Below are positions 35,294 through 44,656 of a stretch of DNA of 64,000 nucleotides, piece by piece; position 1 is the first letter of the stretch; the number at the start of each line of letters is the position of its first letter. This DNA is from a virus. The DNA lies in the IMG/VR virus record IMGVR_UViG_3300029337_000249; one strand, written 5' to 3'. The position numbers and the translations under genes are program-made. The notes under the pieces were generated by a model that worked only from the letters and a program-made list of their open reading frames with translations, did not search any database and was not told where the DNA came from.

Positions 35294-38200
35294 ATGGCAT
35301 CCAGAATCCAGGGCATCACCGTTGAGATCGGCGGCGATACCACAAAGCTCTCCAAAGCACTGGAAAGTGTAAACAAATCAATTAAGGGGACGCAGTCCGG
35401 ACTGAAGGATGTCAACAAACTCCTGAAACTGGACCCCTCCAATACAGAACTGGTTGTCCAGAAGCAGAAGATGCTTAAGGATGCCATTGAAGCTACCAAG
35501 GAAAAGCTGGCAACTCTGAAGACTGCCGCACAGCAGGCCAATGAGCAGCTTGCCAATGGTGAGATCACCCAGCAGCAGTATGATGCTCTTCAGCGTGAGA
35601 TCGTGGGGACCGAACAGAATCTGCGATCCTTACAGGATCAGGCGGCTACTACCAATGCGACTCTTGCCAAAATCGATGAAGCCGGAGAAAAGCTCCAGAA
35701 CATAGGATCTTCTGTGGAAAATGTCGGCAAGAAGTTCCTGCCGGTGACTGCCGCTGTAACGGGGCTTGGCACTGCCGCAGTGAAGACGGCAGCAGATTTC
35801 GATTCCGAGATGAGCAAGGTCTCTGCCATTTCCGGTGCAACAGGGGATGACTTTGACCAGCTCCGTGCGAAAGCCCGTGAAATGGGTGCAAAGACCAAGT
35901 TCTCTGCATCCGAGGCAGCTTCGGCGATGGAATACATGGCCATGGCCGGATGGAAAACGGGGGATATGCTGAACGGCATCGAGGGTATCATGAACCTCGC
36001 AGCGGCGTCCGGTGAAGACCTCGCTACAACTTCGGATATCGTAACCGATGCTCTTACTGCTTTCGGCTTATCTGCTGCGGATTCCGGGCATTTTGCAGAT
36101 ATCCTTGCAGCTGCTTCTTCCAATGCGAACACCAATGTCAGCATGATGGGCGAGACGTTCAAGTACTGTGCGCCTATCGCCGGTGCGCTGGGGTTCTCGG
36201 CAGAGGATACCGCAGAGGCTATCGGTCTCATGGCAAACAGTGGTATCAAGGCTTCTCAGGCCGGTACTTCGTTGCGATCCATCATGAACAACCTTGCCGG
36301 TGAAGTGACCTTTGTCGGTGAGAATATTGGCGAGGCCACAATTGCTACCAGTAATGCGGATGGCAGTATGAGAAGCCTGAACGATATCCTCGCAGACTGC
36401 CGTGTGGCTTTCTCCGGTTTGACCGAATCGGAAAAAGCATCCAATGCAGAGGCACTGGTCGGTAAGAATGCGATGTCCGGTTTCCTTGCCCTGATGAATT
36501 CCAGCGAGACGGATATCAACAAACTGCGTGGTGCCATTGAAAACTGCGATGGTGCATCCGAAAGCATGGCAGAGACCATGCAGGACAACTTAAATGGTCA
36601 GCTCACCATCCTGAAATCTCAGCTGGAGGAGCTGGCTATTTCTTTTGGCGATATCCTGATGCCCACCATCCGCAAGATCGTATCTGCCGTGCAACAGTTC
36701 GTGGACAAGCTCAACAGCATGGATGAAAGTACCAGGGAAACGATCATCAAGATCGGACTACTGGCAGCATCCATTGGTCCGCTGCTCATTGTGCTTGGCA
36801 AGACCATATCAACGGTTGGCACAGCAATGCGGGGGGTCAGTTCTCTTGCAAAGGGTGTCCGGCTTCTTATCACCCATGTGGGCAGTGCCAGCGGTGTGTT
36901 CAGCAAGCTGGGTGTGGTTCTGGGTGGTCTGTCCGGCCCGGTCGTAGCAGTGGTGGCGGTCGTCGGTACACTGGTGGCGGCGTTCATGAATCTCTGGAAC
37001 ACCAACGAGGAGTTCCGTACTGCCATTACCGGCATCTGGAACGACATCGTTTCCAAGGTGAAAGGCTTCTGCGACCAGCTGACACAGCGGATCAATGGGT
37101 TGGGCTTTAATTTTAAGGATGTCACTGAGGTACTGAAGGCAGTATGGGATGGTTTCTGTCAGGTGCTTGCACCGCTGTTTGAGGGAGCGTTCCAGAATAT
37201 TGCCACCATCCTAGGTGTCGTTCTGGATACACTGCTCGGTCTATTCGACGTCTTTTCCAATGTGTTCTCCGGCAACTGGAGCGGTGCATGGGAAGCAGTG
37301 AAAGGCATCTTCTCCAGCATCTGGGAAGGTGTGAAGTCCGTATTCTCCACGACTCTTACCGCACTAAAGAGCGCACTGGATGTGTTCCTTGGTCTGTTTG
37401 GTACGGACTGGCAGACGGTCTGGGGCAGTATCAAGAGCTTCTTCGAGACCGTGTGGAGTGGAATCAGCAGCTTCTTTTCAAACACAGTTTCTGCTATCCA
37501 GAGTGTGGCAACGACTGTATTTACAGCAGTGTCTGGATTTTTTACTACCGTCCTTACGAGTATTCAGACGACCTTCAGCACCATCTGGACTGCCATTTCC
37601 ACAGCAGTTTCTTCTGTGCTGAATACGATCCATACCACGGTGACAACTGTGTGGACGGCGATTTCGACCGCAATCTCTACGGTCATGAACACCATCAGCA
37701 CCACGATCACTACAGTGTGGAACGGAATCTACAACACCATGAAACCTCTGCTGGATGCGTTCAAATATCTGTTTGAGACCATCTGGCAGGCAATACAGAT
37801 CCTGATCGGCGCAGCACTGACCGCGATCCAGACGAAGATCACTTCTATCTGGAACGCTATCGTTGCCTTTGTGACTCCGCTGCTGACCAGATTGCAGACG
37901 ACTTTCTCTACGGTTTGGTCGGCAATCCAGACAGCCATCTCCACGGTACTGACAGCAATTCAGACCGCAGTGACAACGGTGTGGAATGCCATTGTATCGT
38001 TCCTGTCTCCGCTGCTGACTGGCATCCAGACCCGGATGAGTACGGCATGGAATGCGATCCAGACGGTCATCTCGACTGTCCTTTCTGCGATCCAGTCCAA
38101 GGTTTCTTCCATCTGGACTGCCATCAGCAGCAAGATCTCCGGTGTGGTAAATGGCATCAAATCGGTGGTTTCTTCCGGCTGGAATGCCATGAAATCCACG

Positions 38201-41200
38201 GTATCGTCCCTCAGTAACAGCATCAAGAGCGCGGCTACCACAGCCTTTAACTCGATGAAATCCGGGATTTCTTCTACGATTTCCGGCATTAAGACCACCA
38301 TCACGAATGGCTTTAACAGTGCGGTCTCCTTTATCAAGGGTCTGGCTGGACAGGCATTTTCGTGGGGCTCTGACATGATCGGCAACATTGTGTCCGGTAT
38401 CCAGTCGAGGATTCAGGATGTGGCAAGTGCCGTATCGGGAGTGGCGGATCGTATCCGTTCCTTCCTGCACTTCTCTGTGCCGGATGAAGGACCTCTGGCA
38501 GATATGGAAAGCTGGATGCCAGACTTTATGCAGGGTCTGGCAAACGGCATCACGACCAACACCAGCCTTGTGACTGCGGCGGCAGAGAACCTGTCCACAA
38601 CGCTGTCTACCTCCATCACCAACTCCATGAGGGGAGTGGAGCAGGCATACAGTAAGAGCTGGGCAGCCATCAGCCAGACGGTGAAGACCGGAACGGCAGG
38701 TGTAAGTGCCGCGATGAGATCCGCATGGAGCTCCATTACGACCAGTACCACGAGCACATGGAACAGCATCAAGACCACCATCCAGACCAGCTTTGCGGCG
38801 GTGAGATCCAATGTGACCTCTGCGACAGCGGTAGTTAAATCTTCCATGACCAGTGCATGGAATGCAGTGAAGTCGCTGACAACGACCAGCTGGAACGGAA
38901 TCAAGAGCGTTATCACTACAGCATGGAACGGAATCAAGTCTCTGACTACTTCTGCGACTGCTTCTGTAAAATCTTCCATGACAAGCGCATGGAACGCAGT
39001 GAAAACTCTGACAAACACCAGCTGGAATGGTATCAAAACAGTCATTACGACAGCATGGAACAGCATCAAGTCTCTTACGACTTCTTCTGTCACAGCTGTC
39101 CGCAGTACGGTCACGAGCAGCTGGAATTCCCTGAAATCCACCACGACCTCTGCTTTCAACGGCATCAAGTCCACGGTGTCTTCGGCAATGTCCAGCCTGC
39201 GCAGCACGGTTTCTTCTGGTGTCGCAAGTATCAGGAGCAGCTTTAACTCGCTCGGTTCGATTGCTTCTTCGGCATACCGCTGGGGTGCAGATATCTGTTC
39301 CCAGATGGCGGCAGGTGTCCGGGCAGCGGCTAGTTCCGTGATCGCAGCGGCAGAAAATGTCGCAAGCAGGGTTAGAAGTCTGTTGCATTTCTCTGTACCA
39401 GACGAAGGTCCTCTGTCCGATGCAGATACCTATATGCCCGACTTCATGAAGCTGCTGGCAACCGGCATTAAGAAAAATGTCAAGTCGGTGGTGAAAGCCG
39501 TGCAGGGACTTGCTGGGTCTATGAGCAGCAACCTCACGACCCCGGTAGATTCTCTGGGCGACTGGATGGATTCCGTGGTCGGCAGTTTTGCCACCACGAT
39601 CAAGAAAAGTCAGAGCGGTATCGGTAGTGCTGCAAGGGATGTGGGCAGCGGTATCCAGTCCCAGTTGATGTCCGGGCTTTCCGGTCTGAAAACACAGTTC
39701 CAGCAGCTCTGGACTGACCTGCAGGGTATCACCAAAACCGCAGTCGGTGGCATGAGCGATGAAGTGAAGCAGGGTTTTGCGGATATGAAGGATTCCATTG
39801 GTGAGCTGAGCTCTCAGACCAGTTCCCTTGGGAATGCGATCCGTAGCCTTGGCGATACCTTCAACTCGGATTTCCTAAAGAGCCTGGGCAACGGCATCAG
39901 CAAGGTCGGTGACACGGTCAATACGGTCACGGGGCTTGTGGACAAGCTCGGTTCCATGAAGAACACCATTGGAAACCTTGGAAGTACGATGCAGAACCTC
40001 GGCAATGTTCTCGGCACAGAGAACGGCGGCGGTCTGCTGTCCAACATCGGCAGTTTCCTGTCGAAAATCGGCAGTGCAGATGGCGGTCAGATTGTGTCGA
40101 ACTTTGGCAACCTGATCTCTGGGTTGACTTCCAAGATGGGCGGTCTCGGAGAAGGCATCACTGGCATTATCTCGAAGCTGGGAAGCCTTAGCTCCAGCGG
40201 TGGGGGAATCCTGTCGAATCTGGGCGGACTGCTTTCCGGTGTGGTATCGAAGATCGGTGGTTTAGGCGGCAGTCTTTCCGGGCTTCTGTCTGGTGTGGGT
40301 TCCACATTGGGCGGAATTGCTGGTTCTGCCGGCTCCGCAATCGCAGGACTGTTCGGTTCGGTTGGCACGACTGTATCCAGTCTGGCTGCTGGTGCGGGAT
40401 CGGCTTTGGCTGGTATCGCTTCCTCGGCTGGAGGCGTGCTTGCTTCGGCAGGCACAGCACTGGCCGGTCTGGCCGGTCCTGCGGGTATCGCAGTGGCAGC
40501 AGTCGGCGGCATCGGTCTGGGACTGACCGCTCTCTGGAAAAACTGCGATGGCTTCCGGGAGGGTGTGACGAATATTTGGAACAAGGTCACTTCTGTATTC
40601 ACGAACGGTGTCAATGCCATCAAGAACGGAATCTCCAATGCGGCATCTGCCATCGGCAATGTGGCATCGTCCATCTGGGGCAGTATCAAGAATGTGGCTT
40701 CCTCGGCGGTCAGCTGGGGCAAAGACATCGTTGGCGGTATCGCCGGAGGTATCAAAAAGGGCGTCAGCTGGGTCGGCAATGCGGTCAAGAGTGTGGCAAG
40801 CGGTATCCGCTCGTTCCTGCACTTCTCGGTACCGGATGAAGGACCTCTGGCAGATGCGGACACCTATATGCCGGACTTCATGAAGCTGCTTTCCGGCGGC
40901 ATCAAGAAAGGAGAAGGCAGTCTGATCAGCCAGATCAAGTCGATGGCAGCAAAGGTACAGCAGGGCATGGAGGGCATCAGCTCTTTCAGTCTGCCGGAAC
41001 TGACCCTGCCGCACTTCGATGGCTCTGGCTGGAACTTCCCGCGGGCAGCTCTGGCCGGAGGCGGTACCACCCGGACGACCAACCTTGGCGGTGTGTATAT
41101 CACGGTCAATGGCTATAACGCCCGGAACGATGATGAACTGGCACAGACCGTTGCCGATAAGATCAACGGCATGATCCACGAGGATGATTCAGTCTTCAAG

Positions 41201-41203
41201 TAA
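35294..41203 (+). CDS. tail tape measure protein (1970 aa)
   Basis: N-terminal TP901-family TMP core, long periodic W/A-rich helical repeats (TxWNAIxT), three copies of a conserved module ...RxRSFLHFSVPDEGPLADxxxxMPDFM... Confidence 0.9.
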   Translation: MASRIQGITVEIGGDTTKLSKALESVNKSIKGTQSGLKDVNKLLKLDPSNTELVVQKQKMLKDAIEATKEKLATLKTAAQQANEQLANGEITQQQYDALQREIVGTEQNLRSLQDQAATTNATLAKIDEAGEKLQNIGSSVENVGKKFLPVTAAVTGLGTAAVKTAADFDSEMSKVSAISGATGDDFDQLRAKAREMGAKTKFSASEAASAMEYMAMAGWKTGDMLNGIEGIMNLAAASGEDLATTSDIVTDALTAFGLSAADSGHFADILAAASSNANTNVSMMGETFKYCAPIAGALGFSAEDTAEAIGLMANSGIKASQAGTSLRSIMNNLAGEVTFVGENIGEATIATSNADGSMRSLNDILADCRVAFSGLTESEKASNAEALVGKNAMSGFLALMNSSETDINKLRGAIENCDGASESMAETMQDNLNGQLTILKSQLEELAISFGDILMPTIRKIVSAVQQFVDKLNSMDESTRETIIKIGLLAASIGPLLIVLGKTISTVGTAMRGVSSLAKGVRLLITHVGSASGVFSKLGVVLGGLSGPVVAVVAVVGTLVAAFMNLWNTNEEFRTAITGIWNDIVSKVKGFCDQLTQRINGLGFNFKDVTEVLKAVWDGFCQVLAPLFEGAFQNIATILGVVLDTLLGLFDVFSNVFSGNWSGAWEAVKGIFSSIWEGVKSVFSTTLTALKSALDVFLGLFGTDWQTVWGSIKSFFETVWSGISSFFSNTVSAIQSVATTVFTAVSGFFTTVLTSIQTTFSTIWTAISTAVSSVLNTIHTTVTTVWTAISTAISTVMNTISTTITTVWNGIYNTMKPLLDAFKYLFETIWQAIQILIGAALTAIQTKITSIWNAIVAFVTPLLTRLQTTFSTVWSAIQTAISTVLTAIQTAVTTVWNAIVSFLSPLLTGIQTRMSTAWNAIQTVISTVLSAIQSKVSSIWTAISSKISGVVNGIKSVVSSGWNAMKSTVSSLSNSIKSAATTAFNSMKSGISSTISGIKTTITNGFNSAVSFIKGLAGQAFSWGSDMIGNIVSGIQSRIQDVASAVSGVADRIRSFLHFSVPDEGPLADMESWMPDFMQGLANGITTNTSLVTAAAENLSTTLSTSITNSMRGVEQAYSKSWAAISQTVKTGTAGVSAAMRSAWSSITTSTTSTWNSIKTTIQTSFAAVRSNVTSATAVVKSSMTSAWNAVKSLTTTSWNGIKSVITTAWNGIKSLTTSATASVKSSMTSAWNAVKTLTNTSWNGIKTVITTAWNSIKSLTTSSVTAVRSTVTSSWNSLKSTTTSAFNGIKSTVSSAMSSLRSTVSSGVASIRSSFNSLGSIASSAYRWGADICSQMAAGVRAAASSVIAAAENVASRVRSLLHFSVPDEGPLSDADTYMPDFMKLLATGIKKNVKSVVKAVQGLAGSMSSNLTTPVDSLGDWMDSVVGSFATTIKKSQSGIGSAARDVGSGIQSQLMSGLSGLKTQFQQLWTDLQGITKTAVGGMSDEVKQGFADMKDSIGELSSQTSSLGNAIRSLGDTFNSDFLKSLGNGISKVGDTVNTVTGLVDKLGSMKNTIGNLGSTMQNLGNVLGTENGGGLLSNIGSFLSKIGSADGGQIVSNFGNLISGLTSKMGGLGEGITGIISKLGSLSSSGGGILSNLGGLLSGVVSKIGGLGGSLSGLLSGVGSTLGGIAGSAGSAIAGLFGSVGTTVSSLAAGAGSALAGIASSAGGVLASAGTALAGLAGPAGIAVAAVGGIGLGLTALWKNCDGFREGVTNIWNKVTSVFTNGVNAIKNGISNAASAIGNVASSIWGSIKNVASSAVSWGKDIVGGIAGGIKKGVSWVGNAVKSVASGIRSFLHFSVPDEGPLADADTYMPDFMKLLSGGIKKGEGSLISQIKSMAAKVQQGMEGISSFSLPELTLPHFDGSGWNFPRAALAGGGTTRTTNLGGVYITVNGYNARNDDELAQTVADKINGMIHEDDSVFK

Positions 41204-41211
41204 AGGAGGAG

Positions 41212-41994
41212 ATGCGTATGGGCTACAACACCCCAAAGCAGACAGTATCACAGTTTCAGCTCAAAGGCAGATACGCCAGACAGTATCTGGCCTTTGCCGG
41301 GAAGTCCAGCAAAGACTTCCTTTTATATTTGTCTGGACCCGGTGTATATGATTCCCCGGCTGCAGATGTGGAGAGTACCTCCGTACCCGGCAGGAACGGG
41401 GACATCATCACCGAGAATGCAAGGACAGGAAGGCGCAGATATCAGAACGTGGATATCAAGTATAAAGCATTTTTCTTCAACGGTCTGCCAGCCAAGACCG
41501 CAGCGGTCAAGGCGTGGCTGTTATCTCCGATCGGCTACCAGAAGTTGCAGGACACCTACGACCCGGATTTCTTCAGGATGGCAGTCTGCAAGGATGCTCT
41601 GGAATTTGATATCACCGCCCAGAAAGCCGCTGAGATGGAACTGACCTTCAATTGTAAGCCCCAGAGGTGGAGCGTGGATGGGCAGAGGACGATCCGGCTG
41701 GATGGCAGATCAACTTTGAAGAACCCATTTGCATTTCCGGCGCAGCCTATCTTCAAGGTCTACGGAGATTCTGGCGGTGAGCTGTATGTGGGTGAGGAGA
41801 AGATCACCATCCACAGTATTAAGGACTACGTGCTGCTCAACTGTGAGACGCACAACGCCTACAACGCTTCCGGCTTCTGCAATGAGACCATCCTTTCGGA
41901 TGACTTCCCGGAATTGCCGGAGGGAAAGACACAGATCACATGGACAGGCGGTATCACAGCGGTGGAGGTGACTCCACGCTGGTGGACGCTGTAA
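41212..41994 (+). CDS. distal tail protein (Dit)
   Basis: Position after TMP, size ~260 aa, siphovirus tail component family. Confidence 0.7.
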   Translation: MRMGYNTPKQTVSQFQLKGRYARQYLAFAGKSSKDFLLYLSGPGVYDSPAADVESTSVPGRNGDIITENARTGRRRYQNVDIKYKAFFFNGLPAKTAAVKAWLLSPIGYQKLQDTYDPDFFRMAVCKDALEFDITAQKAAEMELTFNCKPQRWSVDGQRTIRLDGRSTLKNPFAFPAQPIFKVYGDSGGELYVGEEKITIHSIKDYVLLNCETHNAYNASGFCNETILSDDFPELPEGKTQITWTGGITAVEVTPRWWTL

Positions 41995-42001
41995 GAGGGA
42001 G

Positions 42002-43966
42002 GTGCAGCCAGTGATCCCATGTTTATATGATTCCAGAGAAATGAAATTTGACCATAACGGCATCGGAAAGCTGGCAGATGCACAGTCTTGTACCGTAACG
42101 GAAAAGAGAAACGGAAGCTATGAACTGAAGCTGGTCTGTCCGGCAGATGGCATCCATGCAGAGATGCTGGAGGAGGGGAATATCATCCTTGCCAAGCCAT
42201 CCGATACCATGCAGTCTCAGCCGTTCCGCATCTACAAGATCACGACCCCTATTGATGGCAAGCTGGAAGTGCAGGCACGGCATATTTCCTACCAGCTCAA
42301 CTTTATCACGGTATCACCATTTTCAGTGACCGGATGTGGCGGGGCAATGCAGGGGCTGGAAAGCCATGCGGCTTCCGACTGTCCATTTAATGTCTGGACG
42401 GATGTGGAATCCAGTGCAACCTTTACGCTGGGAGTTCCATCCTCCTTCCGAAACTGCCTTGGAGGTATGGCCGGGTCAGTTCTGGATGTTTTTGGCGGTG
42501 AATTCGAGTGGGACCGGTATACAGTCAAGTTCCATAAGGCAAGAGGTGCCGACCATAACGTCCACATTATCTACGGTAAGAACCTGACGGATTTCAAGAT
42601 GGAAAGATCCATCGAGAACACGATCACTGGTGTGCATCCGTACTGGGTGGATAATGAAACCCAGGCGGTCATGGAGCTGCCGGAGAAGGTGGTGCTGCAA
42701 AGCAAGCGGTCAATTCCTTACCAGAAGGTCACCGTGCTGGACTGTACCAGCAATTTTCAGGAAAAGCCGAGCGAAGCGGCACTCCGGGAATACGCACAGA
42801 ACTATATCGACACCACGGACTTAACGGAGCCGGAGATCGACATCAAGATCGACTTTTTACAGCTCTGGAATACACCGGGGTATGAGGACATCGTGGAAGC
42901 AGAGCGTGTCTCCCTTTGCGATACGGTCCATGTGTATATCTCAAAGCTGGGCATTGAGGTCAGTTCCAAAGTCACCGAGACCGAGTATGATGCGCTGCTG
43001 GAACGCTATAACAGCATCACGCTGTCAAACTCCACGGTCAGCAGCCGAAATTCTTCTCTGACAGGTTCGCTCAACAGCATCCGGAATACAGCGACGATTG
43101 CCTATGATACGGCAGTCCGTGCGGAAACGGCAGTGGGAGAGCAGGTCGGTGGGATCACAGCATCTATCATTTATGACGGTGCGCTTTTTGCTGCGCTGTT
43201 TGGCCTTCATTATAAAAATGAAACTGACAATAAGGGAAATACGACCCGGTATGCATTCAATGCGGCGACTTTGAAACAGTCCACGGTCGCATGGAAGAAC
43301 AGCTCTGCCGGGTTGTTTGTATCCACGGATGGCGGTAAGACGTGGGGCTATGGCTGGGAGGAGGATGACACTGCAGTCAGGACAGCGATCCTGCTGGAAC
43401 AGACCCTCAAAGAACTGGATGACCGCTATAAGAAAGCCATGGAGCTTTCCGAGGAGCTGCTGAAGGAACTGGATGAGCGGTACAAAACAGCGACCGCCAT
43501 TTCTGCCGAGCTTCAGAAAACGCTCGATCAGCGGTACGAAACAGCAAAAAAGCTGTCCAAGGATTTATATGAGGAACTGGATAAGCGGTATGGCACTCTT
43601 ACGGAAATCTCGGAAGATCTGCAAAAGGAGTTGGACGAGAGATATAGTGTGGCGAAGAAGCTGTCGGAAGAGGTCGAAAAAGAACTGGATGAAAAGTACC
43701 AGCCGAGTGTCCCGGTATCGGAAACCGCACCGGAAGCCCCGGTAGCAGATACGCTCTGGGTCGATAAGAAGAACCTGCAGTTAAAGCTCTGGGATGGAGA
43801 ACAGTGGCAGACCATCGGCTATGAGCCGGAACAGCCAACGGAACCGACCACACCGACGGAACCGGAAAAGCCGGAGCCGGAGAACCCGGACACCGAAGGA
43901 AAAGATAATGGGAACAAAGAAGAAACAGATGATAAGAAGACCGATCAGGAAGGAGGGAGCGCATAA
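42002..43966 (+). CDS. tail-associated lysin / tail tip protein (Tal, prophage tail endopeptidase family) with C-terminal coiled-coil tandem repeats and PT-rich linker
   Basis: N-terminal Tal-like domain (start codon uncertain: GTG 42002/42011 or ATG 42041); repeats LKELDERYKTA.. x6 (43396-43702). Confidence 0.7.
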   Translation: MQPVIPCLYDSREMKFDHNGIGKLADAQSCTVTEKRNGSYELKLVCPADGIHAEMLEEGNIILAKPSDTMQSQPFRIYKITTPIDGKLEVQARHISYQLNFITVSPFSVTGCGGAMQGLESHAASDCPFNVWTDVESSATFTLGVPSSFRNCLGGMAGSVLDVFGGEFEWDRYTVKFHKARGADHNVHIIYGKNLTDFKMERSIENTITGVHPYWVDNETQAVMELPEKVVLQSKRSIPYQKVTVLDCTSNFQEKPSEAALREYAQNYIDTTDLTEPEIDIKIDFLQLWNTPGYEDIVEAERVSLCDTVHVYISKLGIEVSSKVTETEYDALLERYNSITLSNSTVSSRNSSLTGSLNSIRNTATIAYDTAVRAETAVGEQVGGITASIIYDGALFAALFGLHYKNETDNKGNTTRYAFNAATLKQSTVAWKNSSAGLFVSTDGGKTWGYGWEEDDTAVRTAILLEQTLKELDDRYKKAMELSEELLKELDERYKTATAISAELQKTLDQRYETAKKLSKDLYEELDKRYGTLTEISEDLQKELDERYSVAKKLSEEVEKELDEKYQPSVPVSETAPEAPVADTLWVDKKNLQLKLWDGEQWQTIGYEPEQPTEPTTPTEPEKPEPENPDTEGKDNGNKEETDDKKTDQEGGSA

Positions 43967-44634
43967 TGATCACAAGCATTTATCAGGAAGTGGAGCTGTC
44001 GCTGACGGAGAATCTGATCCCGGTGACAGTCCCGGTCAAACAATATGATAACAGGGCACGGAAAGTCAGATGTGTCCTGTATAACAACTCGGTACAGTAT
44101 TCTGTACCGCAGGACTGCATCGTTGCCTGTTCCGGCACCAGACCGGACGGCACGATCTTCCATTACACCAGCGAGACGGCAGCCGACCTTGTGTTTGTTG
44201 AAAATGGGGCGGTCGTCTTTACGATCACGACCTTCATGACTGCACAGGCAGGACGGTTTCCGCTGGATGTTGTTATGATCAGCACAGCGGGGGATGTCCT
44301 TGGGTCGTTCTCCCTCACGCTGAAGGTGGAGCGGGCGGCCATCAACAACGGCAAGATCGCCACCTATACCTACGCTGGTGTGGTGGAAGCTATCCGCAAG
44401 GGACTGCTGGAAGTGTATATCACGGATGATGGCTATTTTGCCGTTGTGTCGGAGGATGGACTCGGCTTCAGTGACAAGTCGGAATCCAGCACCATCCAGA
44501 AATTCATCGAAAATCTTTTGAACTGTACGGTCACGGATGACGGCTATCTTGCTTTCACCACCGAAGACGGTCTGAAGCTCATCTTTTCAATGGATGGTGT
44601 TGGGCGGCTGATCGTAGAATTTGCAAACGGCTGA
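43966..44634 (+). CDS. baseplate/upper baseplate (BppU-like) protein
   Basis: Position and N-terminal BppU_N-like region. Confidence 0.55.
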   Translation: MITSIYQEVELSLTENLIPVTVPVKQYDNRARKVRCVLYNNSVQYSVPQDCIVACSGTRPDGTIFHYTSETAADLVFVENGAVVFTITTFMTAQAGRFPLDVVMISTAGDVLGSFSLTLKVERAAINNGKIATYTYAGVVEAIRKGLLEVYITDDGYFAVVSEDGLGFSDKSESSTIQKFIENLLNCTVTDDGYLAFTTEDGLKLIFSMDGVGRLIVEFANG

Positions 44635-44656
44635 TGCAGCTGGGAAAGGGGAAAAT

